From: Lama glama
Lineage: Eukaryota
Length of the DNA: 64,000 bases
Reading direction: 5' to 3'
Assembly (NCBI GenBank): GCA_028534125.1
Contig: CM052832.1
Location: 24,368,001-24,432,000 of the forward strand
The stretch's first letter is position 1, and each line of letters starts with the position of its first letter. The translations under genes and the position numbers were made by a program. Below the pieces are notes generated by a model. It was given only the letters and a program-made list of their open reading frames with translations. It had not been told where the DNA came from and searched no databases. Shown here one piece after another: positions 12,058 through 25,200 of this stretch.

Positions 12058-12949
12058 CATGTGTACATTGACACACAAAGATAACCAATGTTGTTCACTA
12101 GTTTTTTTTTCAAGTTCTTAAATAGGTAATGGTTTATAACTACATAGTTAGCTCATTAACTGATTTCACAAAACAGGCCCTTAAGAATCTTTCCAGATAC
12201 TTAAAAAGCTCATCGTCTTCAGTTAAATCCTTCCCAGATTATTAAGGCCTAAAGTGGAAGAAAGTGTTTGCCAAAGATGCCTAAAATGTGCACCTTTCAC
12301 AGATTCTACCTGGCAGAATCCAAGTAACAAGTAACCAAATGCTTTCTTCACTGCTAACCGTGTCCCCCTGCCCCTCATGGCAGCCTAGGTTACCAGGCCT
12401 TGTGCAGACTTGCAGAAACCACAGGCGAGAAGGGAAGAAAGTTCTGTGCGCTTGCTTCTGGGAGGGATCTGTAGAGCTCAGAGGGTCTGCGTCGTCAGCA
12501 CTTCTCACTATGAGACCCTCCAAGACCTTTTTGGGTGGGTGGGTGGGGTCCTGCAAGGTCAAAACTATTTTTATACTGGGACTAGGACTATTGCCATTCT
12601 CTCAGGAGTGTATGGTGGGTTTTTTCAGAGGCTCCATGATGTGGAATGTTGCTGTATGATGAACATTTGGAAAATCTGTACAGCTCCTTGAACTAATACT
12701 GTCTGCCAGTGACCCGTGCATGGTGTGGCAGAATCATGCCCGGGAAGTGAACCAGCCAAAACGCAAGACAAACCAGTGAATTGTAATCCAGCAGAGTCCA
12801 AAGAGCTCATTGTTAAGTTTCAGATTCTACCGTGCTCCTACCCTTGAAGAAACTAGCACTTGTCTGGTTTCGGTATAACATGAAGGAAGGCGTCCACAGT
12901 TAGTTAGCTGAAAATGAAGGCCAGATTTTCTCCCTCTGCCTCCACCAAA

Positions 12950-13294
12950 CAGCACATCACAGCAAACTGAATTCAGAGGCACATCAGAAAATTTTCTATT
13001 AAGCCAGACGTTAGAGGGATTTGCAGAAATTTTGAATCAGTGTTACTCTTCTCACTGACTTTTTTGTTTTGAAAAATATGGTTGTTTTTCATAAAGATAT
13101 GCTGTTTTATGTAACGTGATGGACGTATTATTCTTCAAACTAAATGAATTAATACATATTTTAAAATTCAGTTTTAATTTCTAATGCAATAAATATGGTT
13201 AAATGTCATCTGTGTAATTAAAAGCACTTTGGAGTCCTCAAGACATTTTAGGAGTATGAAGGGGACTTGAGACCAAAAACTTTAAGAACCAGTG
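12950..13294 (+). mobile_element. Charlie1 DNA transposon 3' portion
   Basis: ttctattaagccagacgttagagggatttgcagaaat...gagaccaaaaactttaagaaccagtg resembles the Charlie1 right end and TIR. Confidence 0.75.
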
Positions 13295-14953
13295 GCCTAG
13301 GGTGTAGTTTACCAGGCTGTATTCTGGTCAGTGCACGTCTACTGATTATTATTTCTTCTGGGAAAAGTGTCCTGTGGTCAAATATATTTTGGGCCAAGAT
13401 GCATGCTTTTTTTCCCCCTTTTAGAGATTTATAATACATAGTAATCACCAGAGTCCCTCAAAAGTGTTTCCCAAATTTGTTCCAACCTTTTTTCCTCCTT
13501 TTTCTTTTTTCTTTTTTTTAGGATAACAGAATGTTTACAATGGAATCGATCAACCTATTAAATACACTGGCTAATATATAATATATGTTACCCTCTCCTC
13601 ATTTTTCAAAAATAAAAAGTGGCTTTTATTAGGTACTTTTGTTCAAATTCTTACTTTATTCGGAGGAAGGCCCAGGAAAGTTTACCACCTTATCTGATTG
13701 CCTCTCTTTTTAAAGACTTCATTGTATTAAACTACTTTGCTTATAATCTTTGAGGCTGTTTTAAACTTCCGTTTCCAAACTCCCATGTCTTAAAACTCTA
13801 TTTTAGACATTTTTGCGTGTTTATGAGTAGAGTCGTCTTCTTGCGTTGTAAGACAAAGTAATATCATCCCCACACCAATTGTCCAAATTACAGGTTAAGT
13901 CCCAGCAGCCTAGCTTTGCAGCTGTTACTACTGTTTGGTATTTTTAAACGGCGAAAGCTACCTTTGGTGATGATCATATGCCTTTATAAAACACAGTCGC
14001 TTTTTGTAACAGAAAGATTTATAAATGGCAGTAGGTTTTGTTGTGTTTCTTTTTATGAGTCTTTTCTTTCCAGTTCTTTGGCTTCCATTGGTTGTGGGCA
14101 CAGTACTAACAGTTAAAACAAAAGGATGCCACAGTGTGGATGGGGACCGTGTTTCTGGCTACTTGAGGGACATTTCCTTCCTAAAAAATAAGAACGATGC
14201 ATTAACCAGCAGCGGTCCTTTCTGACAACAACGGCGTTCTAAATTGGTGTTGAGGTAGAAATGCCGAGGTCATTTCTTTCCCTTTCTGTAGTTCACGTGT
14301 CTGCATTAGGGAAAGAATGGAAAAGTCTTAATTTGTTATAATAATTAAAGAAACAACGGCCATTGTAATTTATACAATGCAAGAGCTTTTGATTTTTGTA
14401 TTTTTGCCAGCTCCTACTTAAGAACTTTAATATTGTTGGAATCCTTAGTGACTTTCTCTTGCCAACTGAAAATTGATTTTCCCTTATTATTTAAAAAAAT
14501 TCAAGCAGAATTTACTGTGGCTCTCTTATTCAGTATCTTGTTCTTTTCCTTACCATTTAGTAAATAGATTTAGGGAGAACTCTCTGTGCAAAAGGATGAC
14601 ATTTGGTCTATAGAAATATATTAGGGCTTTTGCAAACTGTGCTGGAAATTCTCTGATACTTAAATCAGCCAGTTTAACCAGACTCACATTAACCAGTCCG
14701 AGATCACACTTCCAACAGCAAGAGACTGCCTTTCCATCTTCTTGGACAGTTGAGTACAGATCGTAGTATATTTGGGATATCGGAAATTAAAGAGTTCGAG
14801 AGCCATGAGGCAGGTTGAGACGTTTGGTATAAATGCATATGCATTGAATATTGCTTGTGTAAACTATGTGATGCCAAGACTTTTTGCAGTAGCAAGTCAC
14901 ATTTCAGGTCTTCACATCCAAAGTAGGAGAATAGGTTATTCTAGAGGGGTCTT

Positions 14954-15014
14954 TTCTTTCCTCATTTTAGAAATTGAAGTACAGTCAGTTTACAATGTTG
15001 TGTCAACTTCTGGT
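14954..15014 (-). mobile_element. Very short L1 3' terminal insertion
   Basis: attgaagtacagtcagtttacaatgttgtgtcaacttctggt; TSD ggggtctt at 14946-14953 and 15015-15022. Confidence 0.75.
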
Positions 15015-15039
15015 GGGGTCTTGACATGCAGTCATTACG

Positions 15040-15130
15040 AGCTGAAGCTCTGGAGTCAGATGACCTGAAGTTTGCTTCCTTCCTCTGTCACATACGTGTG
15101 GTGTTGGGCAAGTGATGAACTTCTCTGTGA
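15040..15130 (+). mobile_element. MIR SINE fragment
   Basis: gctctggagtcagatgacctg...gtgttgggcaagtgatgaacttctctgtgactc matches the MIR core. Confidence 0.65.
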
Positions 15131-15417
15131 CTCCCAACCCCCACTGAGGTGAGATTCCACCATGAACCCATTACTCTCTTTCTATGCAGTCTGTGTCTCG
15201 TTGGAGTTAGGATAAAGATGTACCTAATAGATCATATAAGATATAATTGTGTTTGCAGAGATTTTATTTGATATGGTATGCTCAAATTGTGTAAGAACAG
15301 CTTGAATTATCATTGGGAATTAATTATGGAGAGGATTTACTTATGTTCTTTTATTTGATAGGTAAGGAACTAGTTCTACTCAGGAGATTGTTTTTATTAT
15401 TTTTTTAAGAGGAACAC

Positions 15418-15576
15418 TTTTCTTTTATTGAAGTGTAGTTGCTGTATGATATTATGTAAGTTACAGGTGTACAATATAGTGATTCGCAATTTTTGAAGGT
15501 TATACTTCATTTATTATAAAATGTTGGCTATATTCCTTGCTACAAGGATATATTGTACAGCACAAGGAATATTGCC
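15418..15576 (-). mobile_element. L1 3' end with a short inverted segment
   Basis: Minus-strand L1 3'UTR (ttattgaagtgtagtt...ggctatattccttg) followed directly by plus-strand L1 sequence tacaaggatatattgtacagcacaaggaatattgcc. Confidence 0.75.
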
Positions 15577-18500
15577 TTGTTTTCATTTTTATTTATTTAT
15601 TTGTTTAGGAGATTGTGACTTAAATGTAAAAATCCAGTTAGCTGCAAAACTAAAACTAAAAAAAAAAAAAAATTCATGGCTTCTTGGCCACTGTTTTTAA
15701 CTTATGTTGATATACTGTACAATGCTGCAGCTGCTTAAAGCTATTCAGAAAATTGTCACAAAAATGCTTATCAAATTTTAAAACTCTGCAAGGATATCAT
15801 CTGGAGTGAAATCCTTGTTTATGTAGCTGACTTTCAGTGTTCAGGCATATCAGTGAATGCTCTCAGCCTCTGGCATTCTTTTCTCCTTTCTGGACTTTTG
15901 GTCTTATCTCTATTTATAACTTCAACTGGCAAACAAGAACAGGCAGGCAAAGGAGATTAAACTCAAGCCAGTTTGTTTTCTGGGTGATTAGCAGCACTGC
16001 TGAAAAGTTTGCTGAAGGAGGGGCGTCTATTGCAAGTCTTGCTTAAAAGGAGGTGTGTAGAATTTTCAATGGTTTTCTTTTGATAAAAATTGTCTCATAC
16101 TTGTTGCATTATGTGTAATTGAGTGTCAAGCTATAAATCACAAGGTGAATCACTTCCACCTTATTCACATCTACAGAGACAAGAATGGAAAATCTTGCCA
16201 CTTAGATGAGTTTTTTTTTTTTTTCCCCTCCTCTGCAAATAATCTAAACCTTACTCCTCTGGACACCTGGCTTTGGTAGCTGGTGAAGGGTCCTGAGCTA
16301 ATCATGGAGCTGTTTTGCCTCTCCCAGAAAATTTTGCTCTACTTGGTGACAAGAATATAATCCAGAAATTAATTTCTTTCTTTAGGGGCAAAAATAAAAC
16401 AGAAAAAGAGAGGAAGAGTACTATGAGAAAGTATTGTGCTGCTGGTCAACGTTTCAGACCAACACATTCCATTTCATTCAGTGACATTATGTCCATTAAG
16501 ATTCCTTGGGATTAATCCCCAGTCTAGTCAAAGCGCAAAGTAACTTGCTGTGTGACTTTAAGAGGTCTGTCAACCTCTCTGAGCCAGCAGCTTTATTTAC
16601 AGAAGAATCTTAGACTAGATGACAAAGACATCTCCAGTTCTAAAATACCAAGACATAAAGCTGGCAACAAATAAGAGAAAAGCAGCAGTTCATTTTTAGT
16701 AAAAGAAGATTGATACCAGCCAGTAACTCTGAGTGGGCTCGCTTAAATCCTTCTCGCTCCAAATTCTGTTTTTATCAAAACGGTAAGCTAAAAGACAAGT
16801 TGTCATGCTTTGAACTTCCTGGCTTGTGCTAATTTGTATCAATATGTTACTGTTACACATTTGAGTGGGAGCTGAGTTGCATTTCATGAAAACTGCTCAG
16901 AAAACTAATAAAATCGTTACAACCCCACTTTCAGTGGGTATTGATAGCATCAAAAAAAAGTCTTTGCCATTTTCAGACAGTTGCTCTTCCAGCCAGACTG
17001 AAAATACAATGGCCTTACACTCAACTCCCTTGTTTAAACATTAACCAAGAGTGGCTTTCACCTCCTCTTCCAGATCTTTAAGTGCCTACATGAATTTAAC
17101 CAGTATACACCCCCCCCAACAAAAAAAAAGTCCTTTTAAAAAACATTGAGTATTCTATAAAGGAATAGTCCCAGAAGGCTTTCAAGGAATTGATTATTCA
17201 CATAGCAACCTCCTGAAGCACAAAAAGTCTATCCTGTCTCTCACAAGTGGGTCATTTGATGACAAAATCTTTGGCGATTGCCTCGGGACCTTTGGAGATT
17301 CATGGAAGGTTTAGAGTTACAAGTAGGATGCAGTCACCGTAGTCAGGGAACTGGGTGACAACCTTCCAATGGGCTTTCAAAATCGATGCGGAAGAGCTCA
17401 GAAAGGGCTCAAAAAGGATGCAGACATCTTTTGAAGACCGTTTCCAGGCTCTCAAATGGCCATTGTCAAGGAACAAACAGTGGGGTGGATTTGACTAAGC
17501 AGCAGAAGCAGCTAGAACAACACCCTGTGACAAGTGAGCCTTGGAGGCTCACAAGGCAGAAGGGAACTTCTCAGAGCGACCTTGTCACACGCAGCTGCTC
17601 GGAGTGGGGTAAAGTCAGGCACGCAGATTTTACCCCTTCATTTCACGGTCAGTGTGTAAAGTAAATGCCACTTTCCAACTTGGGTGGGGAAGGTCTTTAT
17701 CCAGATACATCGAGTCAGAACAGAAACCCAGTTACCTATTTGTGGTGCAAAAAGGAAAATTTCCTCTCTCCCACACGTTGCCTTTTCTGTTCAATCCTGA
17801 TAGCCCTTTATTTAAAAATATTAACATTAGCTCATTCAGTCTGAGTCTTTAATGGGCAGACTCAGATGAATTTTAACTTGAAACAAAACTTTCTCCACTT
17901 TCTGTTCATGATGACTGCACAGTAGTATCTCTATTTCAACGTAATGAATCCTCCTTTAGTTACTTATTTCAGTTAGTCAATTTGAAATTTTGCAAGCACA
18001 CGGCCAGTGGTATATGGCATACCATCAGAGGTAGTGCCTGTCCCAGCAGGTGCTTTGTTGTCTTTTTTCTCCCTTCCTCCCTCCTCCTCTCCAGCATTTT
18101 AGGGCACCATATGGAGATCTGTTGTGTGATAACATCGTTCTGGTAATTAACATGCTTGTTTGAGGTTATAAAATATACATCTGAGAAAGGCCAGGGATTT
18201 CCCCCTGAATATCAACTGACTGCTTGAAGTGGCATTTATTTTTCATTCTGACTTGGCGTTTTGTTTTGTTTGACTGCAGCATTCTGGAACAAAATGAAAG
18301 AGTTTATTTTGAGGCCTCAAAAATAATCCTGCTGCAGACCACGAGCAAGAGAGAAGGAGCAGACCCCAGCCTGCACGAATGGTCCTGAAACACAAGTGGT
18401 CTCGGGTAAGTCATCGGAAGTTCTTGGCGTTCGTTAGCTTTAAATTTCATCAGTCGCCATTTCTTTGGTGTCCTGGGACATCTTACTCAAGCACATGGCT

Positions 18501-20210
18501 ATTTCTCTACAACCCAAGCAACAGGATGTTGAGAAAACGTTGTTCAAGTTTAGAGAGCAACTAAATTTACTTGGTGTGTTCATTTCTGAAATTTGCAGAA
18601 TAATTCGATGTGAGCAGAATGCATTTGTGGTTAGAAAAGACCAAAAGAGGCGGGGGAGGGGGGACCCAGACAACTAAACACGCAAGCAGCAAACCAACTC
18701 TATCTTCCATATATTCTATTTTAGTTGAGAGCCCAAGGGATTAATCATACAAGGGATGGTAGATTCAATCTGATGGCAAGTTGTTACCCTGGAAATGAAG
18801 TATGGGGCTGAGCAAGGTGAGAGGTCTGGGGGAGTTTCAAATCCTGTTCATCAAGTGTTTATCGAGAACCTTTTAACGAAACACAGTGCCCAGAATGACA
18901 GTCTTATTTGGGGGGTGGAATTCAAACGCTAGAAATAAATAATAAACAAATTCCAAACTCGACACCAAAATGACATGGATTTCCAAGGAAGGTTTTATCA
19001 GCCGCCTTCAATGTATTTCTTGGAAACAGTCCTCAGAGGAAGCCCTGTTCTGCCCACATATCTTGGTGACCTCGGACAGCTTATCCAGCCTCCTGGAATG
19101 AGTCACCTGTAAAAATGCCAGGGCATGCCTTGGTGATGTCCAAGGTTGCTTGTAGATTTTAAATTCCACAGTTCACTCTTGTGAAATTACTTAAATAAGT
19201 GTACCCTTTGATCCTTGCTCGATTGAATCGTGTGCCATCAGCAAGTCATCGCTGGCACAGGGGGCTCACTGGACCAGCTGGTGTGGAGAGAAGGGGCAGG
19301 CACCTAGGCTTCCTTCTTCCTGCTGGCAGTGATCTTGTGACCCAGCCCCTGGGTCAAGCAGGCCTTGCACTGTCTTGTTCACCACTTTTTCCCTTGCCAC
19401 ATGAAAGAAAACATGGCACCGTGTTATATGAGTATCGTATTTGAATAAACGAGATAGGTTGCTTTTGAATTACTGTCCTCTATTCTCTCTGTTGCAGATC
19501 TCACGTCTTCCTTCTGTGTCCACGGTCCCTGTGTTTGGGTTCTCTGCCAGCCCTTTCTTTCATTCTGTGGAACCCTAACTTTGTTTTACATTGAACAGAA
19601 TCTGTTATTTCTCCTTCTTACTAAATGTCCCTGTTCTGAAGCAGAGCTGTGAACGACACTTGAAATGATGCTCAGATGTCACTCTTGTTAGCAGCTGGCT
19701 GTCTGCCTCAGAGCAGTGCATTATTTGGGTTTCATAACAGCATTTTTTTTTCTCTTACAAATGTTAAAATTATGAAGTGCAGGAAACCACATGAATGCGG
19801 CAGAATGCAAATGCAAACGTGGTGTTATCTGGAAACACCAGTTCTATGATTCTCCTGGTGACAGTCTCCTCCCTGCACTCAATATGGGAAGCCTCTTTAC
19901 CTGTTTGGGGGCGGTCTGATAGTTTCTGTATCCATCTTTATTTATGCTGCCCACTGTGGCCTCCCTGTCCTGCTGAATCGGGGGTTTGGTTAAGATGATT
20001 GCACGGGGCTGGCTTTTTCTGTCCAAGTCCTGCCTGACCGCCAAGCCGGGCTGACGTTCACAAAGTCTACCCTGAATGCTCAGGACTTCACTGACTGGCC
20101 TCTCCTTAGGAACTCCTATGACGTTTGGAGCCTGATCGTAAAAAGCCTCTGTGGCTTTGCGTGGCTTTGTGGGTTGCAGACTGCTTGAGGGCAGGAATCA
20201 GATCGTAGCC

Positions 20211-20395
20211 CAGTGGTTCCCAAAGGTGGTCTAGCTCTGGCACCACCTCCACCAGGATCACCGGGATGTGAGTGTCACAGTTGCAGATTCAGCACCGCCA
20301 GGCTCAGTGAGTCAGAATTTCTGGGGAGGTTAAGACCGAGAAACTCACCACAGTTAGCTCTCGGGCACTGAGGCTGGTGAGCAACTGTCTGAGGC
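20211..20395. mobile_element. MER5A-like hAT-Charlie element
   Basis: Starts cagtggttcccaaaggtggtc; internal gcagattc...gagtcagaatttctggggaggt. Confidence 0.6.
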
Positions 20396-21331
20396 TACTT
20401 CTTCGTCCTCCGCTAAGCTGCCTCCCCCGCAGCAGAGGGCCCAGCTCTGAGCGCATGGTAGATGCCCAGGAAGTATTGGCTTGTTGACCTAGGCAGCATC
20501 CAGCAGTGATGGCTGCAATCACTCCTCAATCACCCAACCTTTCCTTTTGGGGATGTAATATCAGCGTGTTCTCTGAACTCTGAGAAACCCCTGTTTGACT
20601 AAATGTGTGAAGTGTTCTTCTAGGTCAGAGGCTCCTTTGGAAACCTTTTTAGGCCTGTCTCCCTTTAACATTGACTCTGACTGTCCCTAGTAATGCAGAA
20701 GCCCTGACTGAGTCTAGTAGAGCTGGAACAGCAGTTGTGGGGAGCTGGACCGGAGTGACCGAACGGGAAAAGGATCTGAGGATGAGTGCAGTGCTGTGGG
20801 AACCTCGCAGCTCTGTCCTTGGCTCTCAAAGCCACACCTGCTGCCCTTGGCAATTCCTTTTGAGTGGTATTTCTTTCAGCTGTCAGGGCTCGCAGGTTGT
20901 CAGTTTGGGTGGCAGGAGAGCAGTCCCCTTGCTGGAAGGGATAAAGTTAAGCTGCAGTGGCCACACATCAAAGCACCCACAGTGGCAGCGGAGATTCAGG
21001 ATTTGAATCTGATGTTCACAGATGGCCATGGTGACGCTGGGCGCCCTCTTTCCCTCCTCCGCTTGCTCAGGCAAGGGCCAGCCTGGCCTTAGATGATCCA
21101 GAAGAGATTTGCAGGGTGGTGTTTGCTTCTGGTGCAACTCCTGGAGGCCCCTGCTGGTGGATTTAGAACTAGTAGAACATCTGACAGCTAGTTCAAGTCG
21201 GAAACCAAGCAGAAGACCTCACCGTGGCCCAGGCAGCCTATAAGGGCACCAGAAAGGTAATCAGGAAATTGATTAGCTGTTAAGATAACCACTACCAAAT
21301 GCATTAAACCCTGCCCTTTTTTTTTACAACT

Positions 21332-22871
21332 CTTTTCTTTTTAAATTTTCTTTTCTTTTTTTTATTGATGTACAGTCAGTTTACAATGTATCAATTTCTA
21401 GTGTACCATATAATGTTTCAGTCATGCATACCCATACCTATATTCCTTTTCATGTTCTTTTTCATTGTAGTTTCAGTATATAGTTCCCTGTGCTATACAG
21501 TAGAAACTTGATTGTTTATCTGTTTTATATATAGTAGTTAGTATCTGCACATCTCAAACTCCCAATTTATCCCTTCCCACCCCCTTTCCCCACTGATAAT
21601 TGTAAGTTTGTTTTCTTTGTTGGTGAGTCTGTTGCTGTTTTGTAAATAAGTTCATTTGTGTCTTTTTTGTTAGATTCCGTATATAAGTGATATCATCTAG
21701 TATTTTTCTTTCTCTTTCTGGCTTATTTCACTTAGAATGACAATCTCCAGGTCCATCCATGTTGCTGCAAATGGCATTATTTTATTCTTTTTTATAACTG
21801 AGTAGTATTCCATTGTATATATACACAACTTCATTATCCAGTCATCTGTCAATGGACATTTAAGTTGCTTCCACGTCTTAGCTGTTGTAAATTGTGCTGC
21901 TATGAACATTGGGGTGCATGTATCTCTTTGAATTAGAGTTCCCTCCAGATACATGCCCAGGAGTAGGATTGCTGGGTCATATAGTAAGTTAATTTTTCTT
22001 TTTTTTAAAAGGAATCTTATTACTGTTTTCCATAATGGCTGCACCAAACTACATCCCCACCAACAGTGTAGGAGGGTTCCCTTTTCTCCACACCCTCTCC
22101 ACAGCGTTTAGCATTCATGGACTTTTGAATGATGGCCATTCTGACTGGTGTGAGGTGGTACCTTATTGTAGTTTTGACTTGCATTTCTCTGATAATTATT
22201 GATATTGAGCATTTTTTCATGTACCTATTGACTATTTGTATGTCTTCATTGGAGAATTGCTTGTTTAGGTCTTCTGCCCATTTTTTGGATTGGGTTTTTT
22301 TTTTTTTATTAAGTTGTATGAGCTGTTTATATGTTCTGGAAGTTGTCAGTCATATCATTTGCAAATATTTTCCCCCATTCTGTAGGTTGTCTTTTTAGTT
22401 ATAGTTTCCTTTGCTGTGAAAAAGCTTTAAAGTTTAATTAGATCCCATTTGTTTATTTCTTCTTTTATTTCTATAGCCTGGGTAGACTGTCCTAGGAGAA
22501 CATTGCTAAGATTTATGTCAGAGAATGTTTTGCCTATGTTTTCTTCTGGGAGATTTATAGTATCTAAATCTTTAAGCTATTTTCAGTTTATTTTTGTGTC
22601 TGGAGTGAGGGGGTTTTCTAACTTCATTGATTTACACACAGCTGTCCAGTTTTCCCAACACCACTTGCTGAAGAGGCTGTCTTTTCTCCATTGTATATTT
22701 TTGCCTCCTTTGTTGGAGATTGACCGTAGGTCTGTGGGTTTATTTCTAGGCTCTGTGTTTTGTTCCATTGATCCATAGGTCTGATTTTGTGCCCAATACC
22801 ATACTGTTTTGATGACTGTAGCTCTGTAGTATTGTCTGAAGTCTGGGAGGGTTATTCCTCCAGCTTCATTC
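21332..22871 (-). mobile_element. 5'-truncated LINE-1 (ORF2 C-terminus, 3'UTR, poly(A)), frameshifted
   Basis: Minus-strand ORF pieces [49 protein letters not shown] and YDPAILLLG...CTPMFIAAQFTTAKTWKQ...FAATWMDLE are L1 ORF2 motifs; T-rich tail; TSD ttacaact at 21324-21331 and 22872-22879. Confidence 0.97.
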
Positions 22872-24049
22872 TTACAACTTTTTTTTTCTTTTTTGACTCT
22901 TGCTCTGTCACTGTTTAGCAAAGCTGTGCCAAAGCTGAGTTAAGTTTGTGTTAACAGACAACATTCAAGCACAGTGACAGGGAAGTATCTTCCTCTGGGT
23001 CTCCATCTCATTTTGACTCCCGGAGGCTTGGTAAACGGGAAAGTGTCACGGAGTGAACTGGGACGGGGCTTTTTCTCAGATTATCAGTGAAGGGAAGGAA
23101 AAAAAAAAAAGCAAGATTCTCAAGGCACTATTAAGGGCAAAAGAGGCTTTCTAATACGTGCTTTGTGGAGACCTGACTAGATTTTCCTCTGCTTGGCTTC
23201 TTCCAGATGTAGTTGATGTAAGTATCTTTGAGCCTTGGCTCAAGGCTCTAAGGTGGAGGAATAACTAGGGAGAAAATGAAAGAAACAGTAAAGCACATGA
23301 CTTTAGTGAAATACAAGATGCTGGTGTTGCTGTTTTGGAAGTCTTCAGTGCTGCCTGGCGTAGCTCCTGACAGGTCACCATCCAGGGCTGCAAAAGAGAA
23401 AAACTGGTTTTAAAAAAGGCATTTGTCTAGTTAGAAACTATGTCACTTGTGTTATTTACCGTGAGGCAGTCTTGAGGATTGCAGGGTTTCCAAAGGGCCA
23501 TCTGAATCATGGGCCCTGCTTTTGGAAGGCAGACGAAAAAGGGGAGCCAGCCTGGTACCCTCCTTGAAGTCCATCATTGGGAAGCTCTTAAATGCTTTCG
23601 AGCTTAGAGGAGTTAGTTACCCTTCACGTCCCTAAGCCGATGTTCTGCACAGCAGTCCCAGGCCTGCCTTCAGTGAAATGTGTTATAACTCGCTCTTCTC
23701 CTGATGTTATCGCAGGCTAATGGTTACCTCCGTCCTTCAGAGCAGCTGTGTGGTTTGGTAGAACTGTGAGCGAAGCCACACCAGCTCAGGAAACCCAGTG
23801 AATTGTCTTCTAATAGGCATCGTCAAAACAGATGTTGATTTACTTGGAAGGTACCCTTCCTCGGTGACAGTTTGAGAGCTTTGAAGGGAGATGTTTGCCC
23901 TGCATCAAAAAAAGTTAGAATGAAACTGCCACATCTGCACGCTGTTGGAGTGAAAACTGAAACTCACCCGAGTTGGTTCCTGCACACACTCTCCCTGAAA
24001 GCACCCTCGCCTCGTGGCATCGCTACCAGCTCCTCCCTAATGACTAACG

Positions 24050-25200
24050 TGGCTCTCTCTTTCTCTTTGGAGTTTGAGGTCGTTGGCTTCCAGCTTCCTC
24101 CCTGATGGCTCCAATGTGAATATCCAAAGATATCTTCAACTTGAGTCTAAACCTGCACCTGTCACTGTCCTGTCTCCCCTTATGGGTTCTTTATTGAGAG
24201 AAATGGGATCAACAACCAGCCAGTCATTGGTCCTCAACATCATCCCCTCTTCCTGTACTTCATCCCTTGACCACACGCTGCAGTTTCATCTCTCAGATAT
24301 GTTACCGTCTACCCACGCCTCTCTGTCTCCTTGCCTTTGTTCTCTTTCACTAGCATCATTTCTCTGGACCATTGCAGCCACTTTCAAAAGGGTGTGCTTG
24401 CCTTAAATATTTCCTTTCTGTATTCTGTCCATCCTACTATTTTGAGACTCACCTTCCTAAAGAAAGGGTCTGATTGAATTATTCTCATTCCTGAAAACTG
24501 TTGACAGTATGTAGAAGTATGGCAGAGTATGGAAAAACGAATACAGTGTTAAGTGTAAAATACTTGAAAATTGTAAACACATTGGTTACAAAGTAGTGAG
24601 GGAAACAAGTGTCTGTCAACAAAGACTAGAAGTAAATAAAGCGAAAATGAAGATGTTTGTTGCATGAGGGTGATTAGTATTTTTTTCTTGAAAAATTATA
24701 CTCTTTTGGTATTTACTTTAGTAATGAATGAATATGATGACGTGAAAGGCAGAATTTAAAGGATTTTGTTAGCTTTTCCTTCCCTAGAAGATAAAATTTG
24801 AATTTTGTTGTGTGATTTTTCAAGACCCCCTTGGAATTCATTATCAGCTTACAGGTCACATCTCATCTGCCGTCCCTCCTATCTCCCCACATAGTACTTA
24901 TTTCTGTTCTAAACATACTACGTATTTAATAATCATGCCTTTCTTCATGTGGGTCCCCCTGCATGAAATGCTGCTTCTCTGCCCAGTGACCTCTTCACTC
25001 ACCAGGGCCTGCTGGCAATGTCCCCTCTCCCTCTGCCGGGCACTGCAGTTCTTTGTTTCTGGAGCGTTCTCTGTGGGCGGCTCCTGAGAGTGGACCCTGG
25101 CTTATTTTAAACCTTGTATTCCAAGTATTAAGCCCATTCCTATACATAATATAGCTTAATAAATATTCATGGAAGGTAAGAAGAAATGAAGGAATTCATT
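24050..25200 (+). mobile_element. Degraded L2 LINE interrupted by an old L1M 3' fragment (about 24500-24740)
   Basis: Pyrimidine-rich L2-like body ending gcttaataaatattcatggaaggtaagaagaaatgaa. Confidence 0.5.

Noticed and set aside
17160..17560. Possible L3/CR1 remnant (also about 35300-35560)
   Set aside because: Resemblance too weak to support without an HMM search
21697..22921. ORFs of 66-116 aa with real protein similarity
   Set aside because: Frameshifted L1 ORF2 remnants and their antisense shadows, not a host gene
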